From a virus (taxonomy: Duplodnaviria > Caudoviricetes): a stretch of DNA of 45,579 bases. Location of the stretch: positions 1-45,579 of IMG/VR virus record IMGVR_UViG_3300023222_000125. The stretch is one strand, 5' to 3'. The notes under the pieces are model-generated. The model ran no database searches. It worked only from the letters and a program-made list of their open reading frames with translations, and was not told where the DNA came from. Shown piece by piece: positions 35,122-45,068 of this stretch (position 1 is its first letter; every line of letters starts with the position of its first letter). The translations under genes and the position numbers were made by a program.

Positions 35122-36922
35122 CTGTCACCAACCCCACGTCAGTACGCCTGGTGTTAGCTTGAGTTATAGCAGTCGGTGCCGTCTCTTTTAACCCCTTATC
35201 AAGCCCTACCTGGACACCAACATCAACACGGGTAGGAGGGTTCGCAACAGACTGTATAACGGGAGAAGTTGTGATCGCCTGTAGCTGTGCTTGTTCTCCA
35301 AGAAATTGCGCTTTAATCCTACCAACATCGAACGCACTAAAATCCAACGTCACTAAGGATCCTATTACCTGGCCGAGGATCTCACCAATACCGGATAGAC
35401 CATTAATAAGTAGCTTCAACGCACCGCCGACAATCGTACCGATAAGTTTTCCAATATCAGCAAACTCTCTTAAATTCGTGGCGGCTTCAGAATCCGACGC
35501 AAACAATGACGCAATAATGCCCGCCGCTTCTTTAAACTGCTCAATTAGATTTGTTAATGTTGGCCCCATGGCTTCTTGAAAACCTTCTCCAAACCCTTTA
35601 AAAAAGGCTTTAACCTCTTCCCAATGCTTGATAACTAATGCCGCCGCCGCCGCGAACAACAGGACTGGAAGTAGGAGCGGCCCCATAACAGCGGTAAACA
35701 CAGCAAAGCCAGCGGTCAACGCAGGGAAGAGTAATATTAGCCCTCCAAAGAGAAGCAACAACGGGCCAAGGACAGCAACGACGCCAGCAACGATTAGAAT
35801 TATTTTCTTTGTTCTGGGGCTTAGTGCTAAGAAACGCTCTGTTAAATTTTGTACTACCTTATTGATCTTTAGTGCTATCGGCAACAAAAACTTCCCCATT
35901 TCTACCCTTAAATCTCGTAACCTACCAAGGGTAATGCGCTCTTGGTTAGCGAGATCCTCTTGCGTCCTAGCAAAGTCACCGATGGCATTTTTAGATTGCG
36001 TCGAAGCTATTCTTAAGATCTCTATTGCTTTAGCTTGTAATAAGGACACTCTTTGCGTCCTCTGTATCATTGCTACGTTCTTTTTAAATGTCGGTGTCCC
36101 TTGTCGTATGACAATCCCTAACGCCTTAGCACTCTCAGTCTCCCCTAACAACGCTTTTGTTAAAGCGATACTCGCACCCTCTGCACCACCTTCAAAATTA
36201 GAGAAGGACGCTAAGTCCGCACCTAACTTAACAATGTCGTTAGACATAGCTAGAGTCGCTTTCTGGCTAAACCCAAACCCTGATAGCAGATCCCCTGTGT
36301 TCGCAAGAAGACCTTTTGCCTCGTCTCTCGCAAGCCCAAAGTTTTTAGAAAGATTAAGCGCCATTGCATCCGCTTTGCCTCTAATAGAACTAAAAACCGT
36401 GCCAAATTTAGAATCCGTTTCCTCGGCATCTCTCGCAGAATTCTTTAAAGAATTGGCCAATAGCGCAAGAGGTAAAGTGGCGAAAAGTATTAGTTTTTTA
36501 CCCGCTGATTTAGCACCTTCGCCAACTTTAATTATCGACTGCTTGGCTCTTTTTGCCGCTCCCCGTATCTTATTCATCGCAACACTAACGCCTGTCGCCA
36601 TAGCCCTCATAGAGCCTTTGACAACGGCACTTACCCCACGAGCGGTAGCAGCAAGTGCGCTAAAAGACACCTTTGCTACAGCTATACCGCCTCGCATTAC
36701 ACTGCCAGAGACAGATGTCTTAGCCGCCATCGCGCCCACGGCCCTTTTGACAAGAGCACCTGTTTTACGAACGACTGAAGAAAGCCCTTTAAAAGCTGCG
36801 CTAGACTTCTTTATTTGCTTACGCATCTTGTTAGTGGATGCAGCAACTTTATTGGCAATAGCGACGTACTGCTCTCTCGCTTTAATCAGGTATTGAACAA
36901 CAAAGGTTTTATTTGCCATCAT
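35114..36922 (-). CDS. Tape measure protein
   Basis: Long Ala/Gly-rich helical protein, ADLASF.N, hydrophobic segments, position. Confidence 0.9.
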   Translation of the reverse strand: MMANKTFVVQYLIKAREQYVAIANKVAASTNKMRKQIKKSSAAFKGLSSVVRKTGALVKRAVGAMAAKTSVSGSVMRGGIAVAKVSFSALAATARGVSAVVKGSMRAMATGVSVAMNKIRGAAKRAKQSIIKVGEGAKSAGKKLILFATLPLALLANSLKNSARDAEETDSKFGTVFSSIRGKADAMALNLSKNFGLARDEAKGLLANTGDLLSGFGFSQKATLAMSNDIVKLGADLASFSNFEGGAEGASIALTKALLGETESAKALGIVIRQGTPTFKKNVAMIQRTQRVSLLQAKAIEILRIASTQSKNAIGDFARTQEDLANQERITLGRLRDLRVEMGKFLLPIALKINKVVQNLTERFLALSPRTKKIILIVAGVVAVLGPLLLLFGGLILLFPALTAGFAVFTAVMGPLLLPVLLFAAAAALVIKHWEEVKAFFKGFGEGFQEAMGPTLTNLIEQFKEAAGIIASLFASDSEAATNLREFADIGKLIGTIVGGALKLLINGLSGIGEILGQVIGSLVTLDFSAFDVGRIKAQFLGEQAQLQAITTSPVIQSVANPPTRVDVGVQVGLDKGLKETAPTAITQANTRRTDVGLVTGG

Positions 36923-37091
36923 TTACCTCGCTTGCAATAATCTTAACATGCCCGCTTAACTCTGCGACTCTATGACAAGAGGCTTCCTCTAAATAACGCA
37001 TTGGTACAGCACCGTTAAAGTTATAGGCTAGCTTACTTAACCCTAATGAGTAACTTACATCACCAACTATTGCAAGCTCAGAATAAAATTT
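36909..37091 (-). CDS. Tail chaperone -1 frameshift extension (GT-type product)
   Basis: Slippery A AAT TTT at 37091-37085. The -1 frame is open for 58 codons to the TMP start. Confidence 0.75.
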   Translation of the reverse strand, partial: KFYSELAIVGDVSYSLGLSKLAYNFNGAVPMRYLEEASCHRVAELSGHVKIIASEVNDGK

Positions 37092-37525
37092 GAAGCATAC
37101 ACTCCCATCATTCTTCTAAGATCCGTATGCAACATGTCATCCATACGAGGCGTTGTTATTGCTTTTTCCCCTCCCATAAAAGCAACGTGTTTGAACAGTT
37201 CACGAAAGTTAACCACAACTTTTTTCATGTCCACCCCGCCGCCAGACATGACACTTAACACAGTGTCAGCATCCATTTTGGGAACCACGCCTTTTTCCTC
37301 GTCCTGCTTTACTTCCCTAATTTCTTTTTTAGCTTCTTCCAGGACGTCTTCACCTAAAATGCTCGACATCTTAAGTAGCCCGGATTGTATGGCCGCTTCA
37401 ATCTCGCAGCATATGTGGGTTACTCTCCCTGTTGGCTCTTTTAGTTCGATGAACTCTGTTTGTGTTTCTGCATTATTATGAGCGTATGCCATGGGCTTGC
37501 TAAGTTCAAATCTAATTACTTCCAT
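37067..37525 (-). CDS. Tail assembly chaperone
   Basis: Between tube and TMP. L..P...I.L.EP.G, GGAGG RBS. Confidence 0.8.
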   Translation of the reverse strand: MEVIRFELSKPMAYAHNNAETQTEFIELKEPTGRVTHICCEIEAAIQSGLLKMSSILGEDVLEEAKKEIREVKQDEEKGVVPKMDADTVLSVMSGGGVDMKKVVVNFRELFKHVAFMGGEKAITTPRMDDMLHTDLRRMMGVYASNFILSLQ

Positions 37526-37540
37526 AAAACCTCCAAAATT

Positions 37541-37948
37541 TTAACTTGCTGCTAATGGTGCGCCGGAAAATTCAACCGCTACTTTACCCTCATTTTGGAC
37601 AGCCTTTTCAGGATCATTATTCATAATGGCCTGAGCAAGCGTACGTCCTAAACGATTACCTTGTGCATCTGTTCCAGAGACACGGACAACACGACCGGCA
37701 CCACGCGCTTTAAGATCTTTCGTAACATTTAACGTATTGACAGACGCTGGCATTTCAAACTTTACCATGCCGACTTGAGTGGTGATGTCTTGAGACGTTA
37801 CCATGACCGGACGACCCCCTCGACTGGCACCCTTTGTTGTCGACTCGCCTTGCCCCTCCACAAACACAATCGTGTTTCCTTCAATCGTTAACGGTTCGTC
37901 ATCTACTTCAATTGACGCATCCACTAGTATAATTTCTAAATCAGCCAT
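37541..37948 (-). CDS. Tail tube protein
   Basis: 135 aa after sheath, C-terminal EG...VEF.G. Confidence 0.8.
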   Translation of the reverse strand: MADLEIILVDASIEVDDEPLTIEGNTIVFVEGQGESTTKGASRGGRPVMVTSQDITTQVGMVKFEMPASVNTLNVTKDLKARGAGRVVRVSGTDAQGNRLGRTLAQAIMNNDPEKAVQNEGKVAVEFSGAPLAAS

Positions 37949-37959
37949 AATTAATCTCC

Positions 37960-39516
37960 TTAAACCTCAAACGCGATTGCAATACTGTAAAGTACTTCAC
38001 GAAGTTGCGTAACAATGAACATCTTAGCATCAACAAAAAACCGACCTGAAACAGGGTTAAGCGTCACAAACAAGTTTTCACGATGTAGTTTGTCAAAGTC
38101 TATAGCCTCTCCATTAAGCGTGCCCGTCCCACTGTTCAGCAATGCTAAATCAGCCAAGTTAGCAAACTGCTCAATAACAAAGGCCGCGACACTTGCCTCA
38201 TTTGCAGAATCCACTCCGTTGATCAATGCACCGCCTGTCGCCCGATACTGTGGAAACCTCGCACGCGTATTGTTAACGATGAACTCACGCGCCGCTGTGG
38301 AGGTGTCTCGAAAGTTAAGAAAGCTAAATGTCGGATCAGGGTTCCCCGCCGGATCCGTTTTGTAGGTCGTGACGACTGGCCCCGCGATAACTTCCGTGAA
38401 CGGACGGTTTGCGTCAATGACCCAACCGCCCACAGCCTGTAGCTGTTTAATTTCTACATCCGTAAACGAGTCACCAACATCAGGCGTTTCTAAATCAGGG
38501 AAAGGTGTATTAAAATACGGTTTCGAGTTTGTATGGATACCACCGAATGAATCCCTTGCAGACCTCGCAATAACAAGACTTCCGAGAACGGCATCATCTG
38601 TCCGACGCAATGCACGAGTACCGGCGAATTCAGCGACTTTCGTAAAAGGTACTTCTAACACACCTGGCCCTTGATGATCTGCCCGACTTATTAGGTTTCC
38701 TGTATTCACTGTCAACTCATGGCTGTTTTCCGCACCAAGCGTCGTTAAGTGGTTAGAAAAAGTATCCGTTGTGCCAGCAAATGCAGCTCCGTCCAACACA
38801 TTGTTGGACACATTAAACCGTGGATCAAGAAAATCTGTTACCTCACTTAAGTCCTGATCAAACTGCCAAACAATACCTTGATAGCGTTGATTCCCAACGA
38901 TATCAAATACACCTGTCAGAACGGGATCCGTCGCACCACTTGACATCGCGACAAGCGTATTAGTTAATCCCGCAACACTACCGACAACTTTAAGTCCTAT
39001 TGTATTGCCGTAGGTGCCTTTGTTCTTAGCGGTGAACGTCACAACGCCTAACACATTACCGGCTGTAACGAGTGCTCTATCGTCCGCCGTAATAGCCGCC
39101 ACAAGCGCAGCCGCTACGGCTGTCTCATCATCAGTATCTACGACAGGGATAATGTACTCGTTGAACTTTTTGGAGCCGACATAAAAAGTTAATGTCCCGT
39201 CTTCTGTAGCATCTCCTACGGTAGTATTTGTGCCTGTTGCAGCAGCGCCGCCGCCATTATCATCTAAGCCAATGGCGTCAAAAATAGATTCGCCATTACG
39301 ACGACGCGCACGACGGATAGCCGCAGCGATTGCAGCATCCTCTCCATATAACGTATCCCAAGAATTATCATTGAGAATATTCTCAGTTAGTGCGCCGCTA
39401 ACTGCCGTGCCGCTCGGCCGCTGCTGACCAACAAACAGTAGCCGTTCAGGTACAAGCCCGACTGTGACGCCGTCCGCTCTTAATGATGCGGTAACTTCAG
39501 GTCTAGCGAGAGACAT
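37960..39516 (-). CDS. Tail sheath protein (Mu gpL-like)
   Basis: L.VGQ, TAKNKG..GN.I, VTTYK.D..G..D..F. Confidence 0.9.
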   Translation of the reverse strand: MSLARPEVTASLRADGVTVGLVPERLLFVGQQRPSGTAVSGALTENILNDNSWDTLYGEDAAIAAAIRRARRRNGESIFDAIGLDDNGGGAAATGTNTTVGDATEDGTLTFYVGSKKFNEYIIPVVDTDDETAVAAALVAAITADDRALVTAGNVLGVVTFTAKNKGTYGNTIGLKVVGSVAGLTNTLVAMSSGATDPVLTGVFDIVGNQRYQGIVWQFDQDLSEVTDFLDPRFNVSNNVLDGAAFAGTTDTFSNHLTTLGAENSHELTVNTGNLISRADHQGPGVLEVPFTKVAEFAGTRALRRTDDAVLGSLVIARSARDSFGGIHTNSKPYFNTPFPDLETPDVGDSFTDVEIKQLQAVGGWVIDANRPFTEVIAGPVVTTYKTDPAGNPDPTFSFLNFRDTSTAAREFIVNNTRARFPQYRATGGALINGVDSANEASVAAFVIEQFANLADLALLNSGTGTLNGEAIDFDKLHRENLFVTLNPVSGRFFVDAKMFIVTQLREVLYSIAIAFEV

Positions 39517-39725
39517 TATTTATCTCCTTTTTTTGATGGAGAACTAGAAACAGGTTTTATAACAGAAACACACTTATCAATCTCTGCATCCCTTAGTCTG
39601 TTTCGCCATTCTCGGTTTAACGGTATACCGTTTTTAGACGGCACATGTATTACGGTATCTAAGGCAACCTCTAAAAACTTTGCCAATGCTGCGTTATTCA
39701 CTTTAACTTTTATACACTCTTTCAT
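39516..39725 (-). CDS. Small tail protein (DUF2635/Mu gp38-like)
   Basis: W.NRL.D motif just upstream of sheath. Confidence 0.65.
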   Translation of the reverse strand: MKECIKVKVNNAALAKFLEVALDTVIHVPSKNGIPLNREWRNRLRDAEIDKCVSVIKPVSSSPSKKGDK

Positions 39726-40849
39726 ACTATCGGTTCCTCATCTAAGTCTATGTCTGCTGTTAATTCGCCCGTACCTAAGTCAGTCGTTAAAAGGTACTCA
39801 ATATCACGCATTGCTACGTTAGTATCTGGCCCCACCGTATCAACCCTAGTCAACTGTGTCAGTTGTTCAAATGTTATTTCATGGACATATATAGCTTTAT
39901 TCTTACCGTTCAAATCAGAAAATGCAAAAACGCCGTGGCCTGTAAATGTTGAACGGTAAGCACTGTAGGTAAACCCCGTATCAAAGCTCGCTCTCAACAC
40001 AGATCTAAAAATAGCAGGTACATACTCACACTCTACTTTATCCCTAGACTGCGCGCCGGTCAAATCGTCTGTTACATTTTGAACGATGTAAATCGCGAAC
40101 GGCTGTACCAATATCGGTGTATAGGAGTCCTCCCCCGCCGTAGAGCTTGCCGCGTCTGTCTCTTCGTTGCGCTTTTTGCTTTGCGATACATCCCCTAACT
40201 GAACAACTAACTGATCCTTATCTAAAATTTGTTTCGTGTGGACATCTTGCAAATACTGCTCAATATCTAAAACGGAAGTGATCCTAATGCTCCTCTGCAC
40301 CTTTCCTTTATCAACAACAGCCGGTAGTGAATAAGTCCTAGAGAGCTTGTAATCAAATGTCGTCGTTCCAACATTAACCGCCACAAACAAGCCGTTAAAC
40401 AGTTGTCCATTCGCATCCTCAACAATTGGCGATCCGGATATCGTTGTCGGCCCCGCGTCTGTTACTGCAATCATTAATTTTCTACGGTTAATCACTCGAA
40501 GCAATGGAAAGGTACCGTTAAACTCTGATTCACTCGCGCCTGATATCGTAATGGTTTTACCCCCAGACAATATATCACGCTGTGATAACGTTAAGTCCTG
40601 ATCTTGTAATGTTTCAAACGTCGCTTGTGAAAGTGTGCGTAAGAATGTACCAGTATCAATTTCTACAGGTGCGTCGACGTTTATAATAGCAACGTTCTGA
40701 TTCTCAACGAGACCATGGCCTGCCGAAGTCACAACCGATGCAATATCTGCTAATGGAACAATAGACGTGATGCCAACCGACTCACTAAAGCCATCCGTGT
40801 GACGTGGGACAATAGCCGATAACTGATCAACAATGTCTTGAGCCTTCAC
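39722..40849 (-). CDS. Tail terminator/neck protein with FCCH-like insertions
   Basis: Position after gp10-like gene, HGL...V.I and FNG.F motifs. Confidence 0.65.
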   Translation of the reverse strand: MKAQDIVDQLSAIVPRHTDGFSESVGITSIVPLADIASVVTSAGHGLVENQNVAIINVDAPVEIDTGTFLRTLSQATFETLQDQDLTLSQRDILSGGKTITISGASESEFNGTFPLLRVINRRKLMIAVTDAGPTTISGSPIVEDANGQLFNGLFVAVNVGTTTFDYKLSRTYSLPAVVDKGKVQRSIRITSVLDIEQYLQDVHTKQILDKDQLVVQLGDVSQSKKRNEETDAASSTAGEDSYTPILVQPFAIYIVQNVTDDLTGAQSRDKVECEYVPAIFRSVLRASFDTGFTYSAYRSTFTGHGVFAFSDLNGKNKAIYVHEITFEQLTQLTRVDTVGPDTNVAMRDIEYLLTTDLGTGELTADIDLDEEPIV

Positions 40850-41298
40850 AGTAGATCCTCAATCTCACTAGATAGGTTGCGGATAATATCCCGCTCACTC
40901 GCTTTGATCGTATTACTTAATCCTGGACGTGGCTTCATACGACTAGTTCCACTTTCCAGGAATCCTGCATACTCTACATCGTTCCCAAAAACTAATTGTT
41001 TCGCGCCTTGGACTTTAAAACCGATCCCTTTACGATATGTTCCCGTCCTGTTCGCCGGCGTTTCGCCTGGAGCAGATGCCCTATGCCGTCTCTTCGCACC
41101 TGAGCGCGTCCTACGGATATATATTCTACCTGTTTTGTTCTTCTCCAAAACTTGACGACTAAACTCAGACATCAAGTTTTTACCGACAAAGTAGAACGCT
41201 TTTTCAATGCCAAACGCTGTATTAGCCGCTATGCTCTCGACCGATTTAAATGATCGCTTATTCCCCTCTGGGGAAACTATGTCAACATTGATTGTCAT
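40846..41298 (-). CDS. Neck protein (HK97 gp10-like)
   Basis: ASAPGE.PA.RTG, YA.FLE.GTS.M.PRP. Confidence 0.88.
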   Translation of the reverse strand: MTINVDIVSPEGNKRSFKSVESIAANTAFGIEKAFYFVGKNLMSEFSRQVLEKNKTGRIYIRRTRSGAKRRHRASAPGETPANRTGTYRKGIGFKVQGAKQLVFGNDVEYAGFLESGTSRMKPRPGLSNTIKASERDIIRNLSSEIEDLL

Positions 41299-41651
41299 GC
41301 TGAATTAACCACCTTAGAATCTTCACCACGTTCTGTACACATCAAAATTAAAACCTTATCCTGTTCAGCGCAATTCTCAGCGAGTATTATTTTTAATCTA
41401 GTCGTACTAAGCTTCACCCACTGCTCAGAACCTATGCCCGTTTCAAATGGCATCGTAATCTTGTGCGTAACCACACGCTCTGTATTCGTCTTATCAAATA
41501 CCGAGACACCACTCACGGTTTTAATAATAACTTTCCTAACCCTTGGATTATCGAACACCTCTTGAGTCTGGCCATTGAGTATCGCCGTGTTGCGGTCTTC
41601 AAACGTCACATCCTGACCACACTTATTAATGCTGTAGGCTAACAAACTCAT
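41295..41651 (-). CDS. Head closure/stopper protein
   Basis: Size and position, beta-rich. Confidence 0.65.
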   Translation of the reverse strand: MSLLAYSINKCGQDVTFEDRNTAILNGQTQEVFDNPRVRKVIIKTVSGVSVFDKTNTERVVTHKITMPFETGIGSEQWVKLSTTRLKIILAENCAEQDKVLILMCTERGEDSKVVNSA

Positions 41652-42049
41652 AAAAGTATGTCGTCTCCATGTGTGCCGATGCTGAAGAAGCTAACAGGCT
41701 GCTTATCTTGTTCCGCTAGACAACCACCCGATAGTGTATTGGCCATCTGACCAAACGGCGTGCCTTTGATGCCTTCTTCAAACTTAAACCCATACGTAAC
41801 ACTGCTACCTGTACAAGCGTCTTTTTCCGATGACAAGCTTAATGTGTTCTCTGTCACCGCTGCAAAGTGTGCCGCTAAATACGTCTCGACTTGAACTAGA
41901 CAAGCCGCCGTTAAATGAGAAGCGCAACCCAACGCTATTTGATCAACGACACAGGTTGCGGCATTAATCGCCGCTTGTATTTGCTCATCCGTCAACGTTG
42001 TTGTCGTTGGCAGTATCGCTTTTACTTTTGGTACGTCGGTTCTGGCCAT
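41648..42049 (-). CDS. Head-tail adaptor (DUF4054-like)
   Basis: YLAAHF and T.FGQ motifs. Confidence 0.75.
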   Translation of the reverse strand: MARTDVPKVKAILPTTTTLTDEQIQAAINAATCVVDQIALGCASHLTAACLVQVETYLAAHFAAVTENTLSLSSEKDACTGSSVTYGFKFEEGIKGTPFGQMANTLSGGCLAEQDKQPVSFFSIGTHGDDILL

Positions 42050-42051
42050 AA

Positions 42052-42348
42052 TTACTTCGCAACGATCACAACTTTAGCTTTAGACTCTTGACCTTCAGCC
42101 TCAGATACGTAAGGTCGTACTTCCATTGCACTGCAAGACGTTGATACACAGCCATCGCCTTTTAACGTTTCGCCAACCCTCACCCAATCAGCGTTGTTAG
42201 GCGATGCCTCTAACCCTATTCGTCTATTGCGGTGGGTTCCTGAGTCACTAAAGACAAATAGACTTATATTTGTTTCTGTGGTTAAGGAAAGGTGTTCAGT
42301 AGTAGGTACCTTAGTACTTGCATTTACTGTGAATGTTTTGGCAACCAT
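42052..42348 (-). CDS. Putative virion accessory beta-sandwich protein
   Basis: LEAS.N..DW motif, beta-rich. Confidence 0.6.
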   Translation of the reverse strand: MVAKTFTVNASTKVPTTEHLSLTTETNISLFVFSDSGTHRNRRIGLEASPNNADWVRVGETLKGDGCVSTSCSAMEVRPYVSEAEGQESKAKVVIVAK

Positions 42349-42349
42349 T

Positions 42350-42676
42350 CTAGTACTCCGTCACGTAGATAGTAGGGACACCTTCTTCAGCTATTGCTGA
42401 AATCTCCCCTGTGTAAATAGAGCCGGGGGGCATTTCCCAATCTGTACGGCCCTGCTCTTTACCATTTATGAAAATCCCTCGTTTAATATTGTCCTGCGCT
42501 GCGGGGTATAACCTAACCCAAGCAGCTTTGTCTGAAAAGTTATTATCTACATGAAAAAATAAACGCCTCTCATTAGTAACAGCTATGATAATAGCCGTGG
42601 CGCTATTCAATACGTAGCTGTCCACTTGAGTGACTTCGTCACCTCTACTAGAGTTACTTCCGATCACTTCCGTCAT
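42350..42676 (-). CDS. Putative virion accessory beta-sandwich protein
   Basis: R......N....V.L...YTG.ISAI pattern. Confidence 0.6.
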   Translation of the reverse strand: MTEVIGSNSSRGDEVTQVDSYVLNSATAIIIAVTNERRLFFHVDNNFSDKAAWVRLYPAAQDNIKRGIFINGKEQGRTDWEMPPGSIYTGEISAIAEEGVPTIYVTEY

Positions 42677-43473
42677 GGTGAATTGTCCACTACTAATAAT
42701 TGATACATAGCTCCAGCAGAAGCATCGTTATTGGTTGCGTCCCCTGTCACCTTAATATCACTCCTCTCAACAAAAGGCCCGACCATTGCCTCAGGGTTAA
42801 AAGACGCGTCTGTTTGATACACATTAATAAACAGCGAAGAAATAAAAATACCTGATTGACCTTGTGTAGAGAAGAATTTATAGAAAATGTTTTGATCTTT
42901 AGGTGTTGTCGCTAGCCAGTAAATCAACCATGCTGTTTTACCATTAGGGACGGTACGATGTGAGTTAAAGGATCGGTTATCTCCTATATCAATTTGGTGG
43001 CGTAAATTCCCACCACCTGCAACCTGCACAGTGATAGTGCCAATAGCACCGCCTAAATTGCCAGCCGTATTACCTGCACCTGTAATAATTGCCGTAACTG
43101 TTCTAAATGCGTCGGTAGCTGTTAAGAGTACTGGCGTTGTACCGTTCAATGCTATTACCTCGAATTGCTCATCATAATTCACATCTAAGAAACTAATAGT
43201 GATCTCCCTTGCCCCTGTGCCTAACGCCGTGTCATTACTATCATCGGACAACACTTCCCACTGTTCCCCGGCTGTAGGGTAGATAAAAGTACCCCCACCT
43301 TGCCATAAGTCCTCTGGGGCACCCTGAGCAATAAAAGGGTTAGAACCTGGTACACGAAAAACACTATGTCCTGGTATATTGCCCTTTACTACCTCAACAA
43401 AAAAATCAGCGGGGGCCGACAGGACTTCAAAATTACCGGCGTCGCCGCTATCAACATAAAATCCAGTCGTCAT
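42673..43473 (-). CDS. Putative virion structural protein
   Basis: G.IPG....G.N, D...GTGAR.I....LD..Y, L.GTTPV, TVP.GK. Confidence 0.65.
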   Translation of the reverse strand: MTTGFYVDSGDAGNFEVLSAPADFFVEVVKGNIPGHSVFRVPGSNPFIAQGAPEDLWQGGGTFIYPTAGEQWEVLSDDSNDTALGTGAREITISFLDVNYDEQFEVIALNGTTPVLLTATDAFRTVTAIITGAGNTAGNLGGAIGTITVQVAGGGNLRHQIDIGDNRSFNSHRTVPNGKTAWLIYWLATTPKDQNIFYKFFSTQGQSGIFISSLFINVYQTDASFNPEAMVGPFVERSDIKVTGDATNNDASAGAMYQLLVVDNSP

Positions 43474-43748
43474 ATAATCGTCCTAACATTCACTTTTGCG
43501 TCGCTCCCTTGACAAAAAGCCCACGCCCCCAAATCCCCTTGGCTATTTCTAAGCGCCCGGTCTTTCCGTTTAGCAATGTTATACGCATCATGCGTGGTTA
43601 GTGGCTTCGTAGCTTGGACAGCAAGATACACATCGCACGTCCCAACATTTTCAACTGAGATAGCTGTACCTACCGCAATACCGCTCAAACTGTATAAATC
43701 CGTCCACACATTAAGCGGTATGGCTAGGTTAGGTAACGTGTCCGCCAT
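43470..43748 (-). CDS. Putative virion accessory protein
   Basis: W.DLY..SGI.VG....V.N.G...V.L. Confidence 0.65.
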   Translation of the reverse strand: MADTLPNLAIPLNVWTDLYSLSGIAVGTAISVENVGTCDVYLAVQATKPLTTHDAYNIAKRKDRALRNSQGDLGAWAFCQGSDAKVNVRTII

Positions 43749-43751
43749 GGT

Positions 43752-43778
43752 AAAAGAAGGGGCTATTACTAACCCCTT
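43752..43778 (-). terminator. Rho-independent terminator after MCP operon
   Basis: AAGGGGTTA-GTAA-TAGCCCCTT-CTTTT on minus strand. Confidence 0.7.
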
Positions 43779-43785
43779 ACCCTAT

Positions 43786-43992
43786 TTACTTACCTTTGCC
43801 TTTTTTGGCGTCAGGTGTTACGTCGATGGTCTCACCGTCTTTCAATGGCTTAACTTTCTTTCCTAGTGACTCTGCCTGTTCATCCGTCAAAGTTAACTTA
43901 TCACCGACTTTCAACCGTTTCATTTTTTTGCCTACCCTCATGTTTAACTTAGGGTGAACAACCTCATGTGTTGCCTTATTTAAATTTGCCAT
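43786..43992 (-). CDS. Small head-associated protein
   Basis: GD...LT..QA..L motif, Lys-rich end, follows MCP. Confidence 0.7.
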   Translation of the reverse strand: MANLNKATHEVVHPKLNMRVGKKMKRLKVGDKLTLTDEQAESLGKKVKPLKDGETIDVTPDAKKGKGK

Positions 43993-44005
43993 AGTCTACC
44001 TCTTC

Positions 44006-45055
44006 TTAAGTTGCAAAAAACGCGCATGTGTTAACTTCAAAGTCCGTGCGAACTTCAAAACCTATCGCACCCCAAACCACAAAATCATAGTTGGAGTTAA
44101 AGACTGGACGCGGCATTGCAACGGTATTGATGCCCATGCCAACAACAGGACGAATTTTATTCGTGTCCAACGGAAAACCCATCATTTCGTTATCAGTCAA
44201 TTTAGACGTTTCTTTGATAGCGGCTACGCCTCTCAGGGAAGACAACTCCTGATCAATGAGTATAGCGTCGTATTGAGTCGAGAACTTACGCTCAAAGTTT
44301 GATGCAATCTCACGGCTGACATAAAACGTTAGTTCCATTTCACACTTATTCGTGATCCACATAATGTCCCGGACTTGAATGAAAGCGGCCTTTATCTCAT
44401 CACCCGTTTTAGTGTTGTCAGTAAAGTCAAAGTTAATACCGCCGCCACCAAGATCGATTTGCTCAACACGGCTGTCATTTCGCATACCACCCCAACTTAA
44501 GCCGTCAACAACAATAGGATTGCCTTGTGTATCAAGATGCCCGTCAAGAAAATTATCCGCTAAGTGACGACGAAGCGTGGCTACAGATTCACGCTGATCA
44601 TCTATCAATGCATCAAACCCTTCCGACGTTAAAGCATTCCATTCGCGCCAATTCCGTGTAAACCCCGTATCATGTACAGGAATAATGGAGCCATCGATAG
44701 TGAACTCAACCTGATCCATTTTTATTCCGATCTGACCCGTCATGGACGTTTGAGCGCGGCCTGCATCGGAGGCTTGTCTAAACTTATGGACAAGTTTCCC
44801 AATGTTTACAGAACGAGACAACGGCAATAAGTCATTTAAGAACGTATCCCCATCATCTGAACGCATCCGTTCCACAGTGACGTTATCAAATTCCTGAAAT
44901 ACGTCTTGTGGGATCAAACCCTCATTAACTTTAAGCATCCCAGCATTGACAAACATACGTTCTTGCATGTTCGCTCCATTACGCGCAGCAACAACCTCGG
45001 CCCACTGCTCTTTGGCTGCGCGGCTATTGCCTATTAAATCTTTATGAAAATACAT
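44006..45055 (-). CDS. Major capsid protein
   Basis: 349 aa. IP....GF...WRE motif. AAGGAG RBS. Follows protease and decoration genes. Confidence 0.88.
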   Translation of the reverse strand: MYFHKDLIGNSRAAKEQWAEVVAARNGANMQERMFVNAGMLKVNEGLIPQDVFQEFDNVTVERMRSDDGDTFLNDLLPLSRSVNIGKLVHKFRQASDAGRAQTSMTGQIGIKMDQVEFTIDGSIIPVHDTGFTRNWREWNALTSEGFDALIDDQRESVATLRRHLADNFLDGHLDTQGNPIVVDGLSWGGMRNDSRVEQIDLGGGGINFDFTDNTKTGDEIKAAFIQVRDIMWITNKCEMELTFYVSREIASNFERKFSTQYDAILIDQELSSLRGVAAIKETSKLTDNEMMGFPLDTNKIRPVVGMGINTVAMPRPVFNSNYDFVVWGAIGFEVRTDFEVNTCAFFAT

Positions 45056-45068
45056 ATCTAATCTCTCC

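Noticed and set aside
35628-36896. 422-aa plus-strand ORF antisense to the tape measure gene
   Set aside because: Shadow ORF from the codon bias of an Ala/Lys-rich gene, with a TTG start and no motifs
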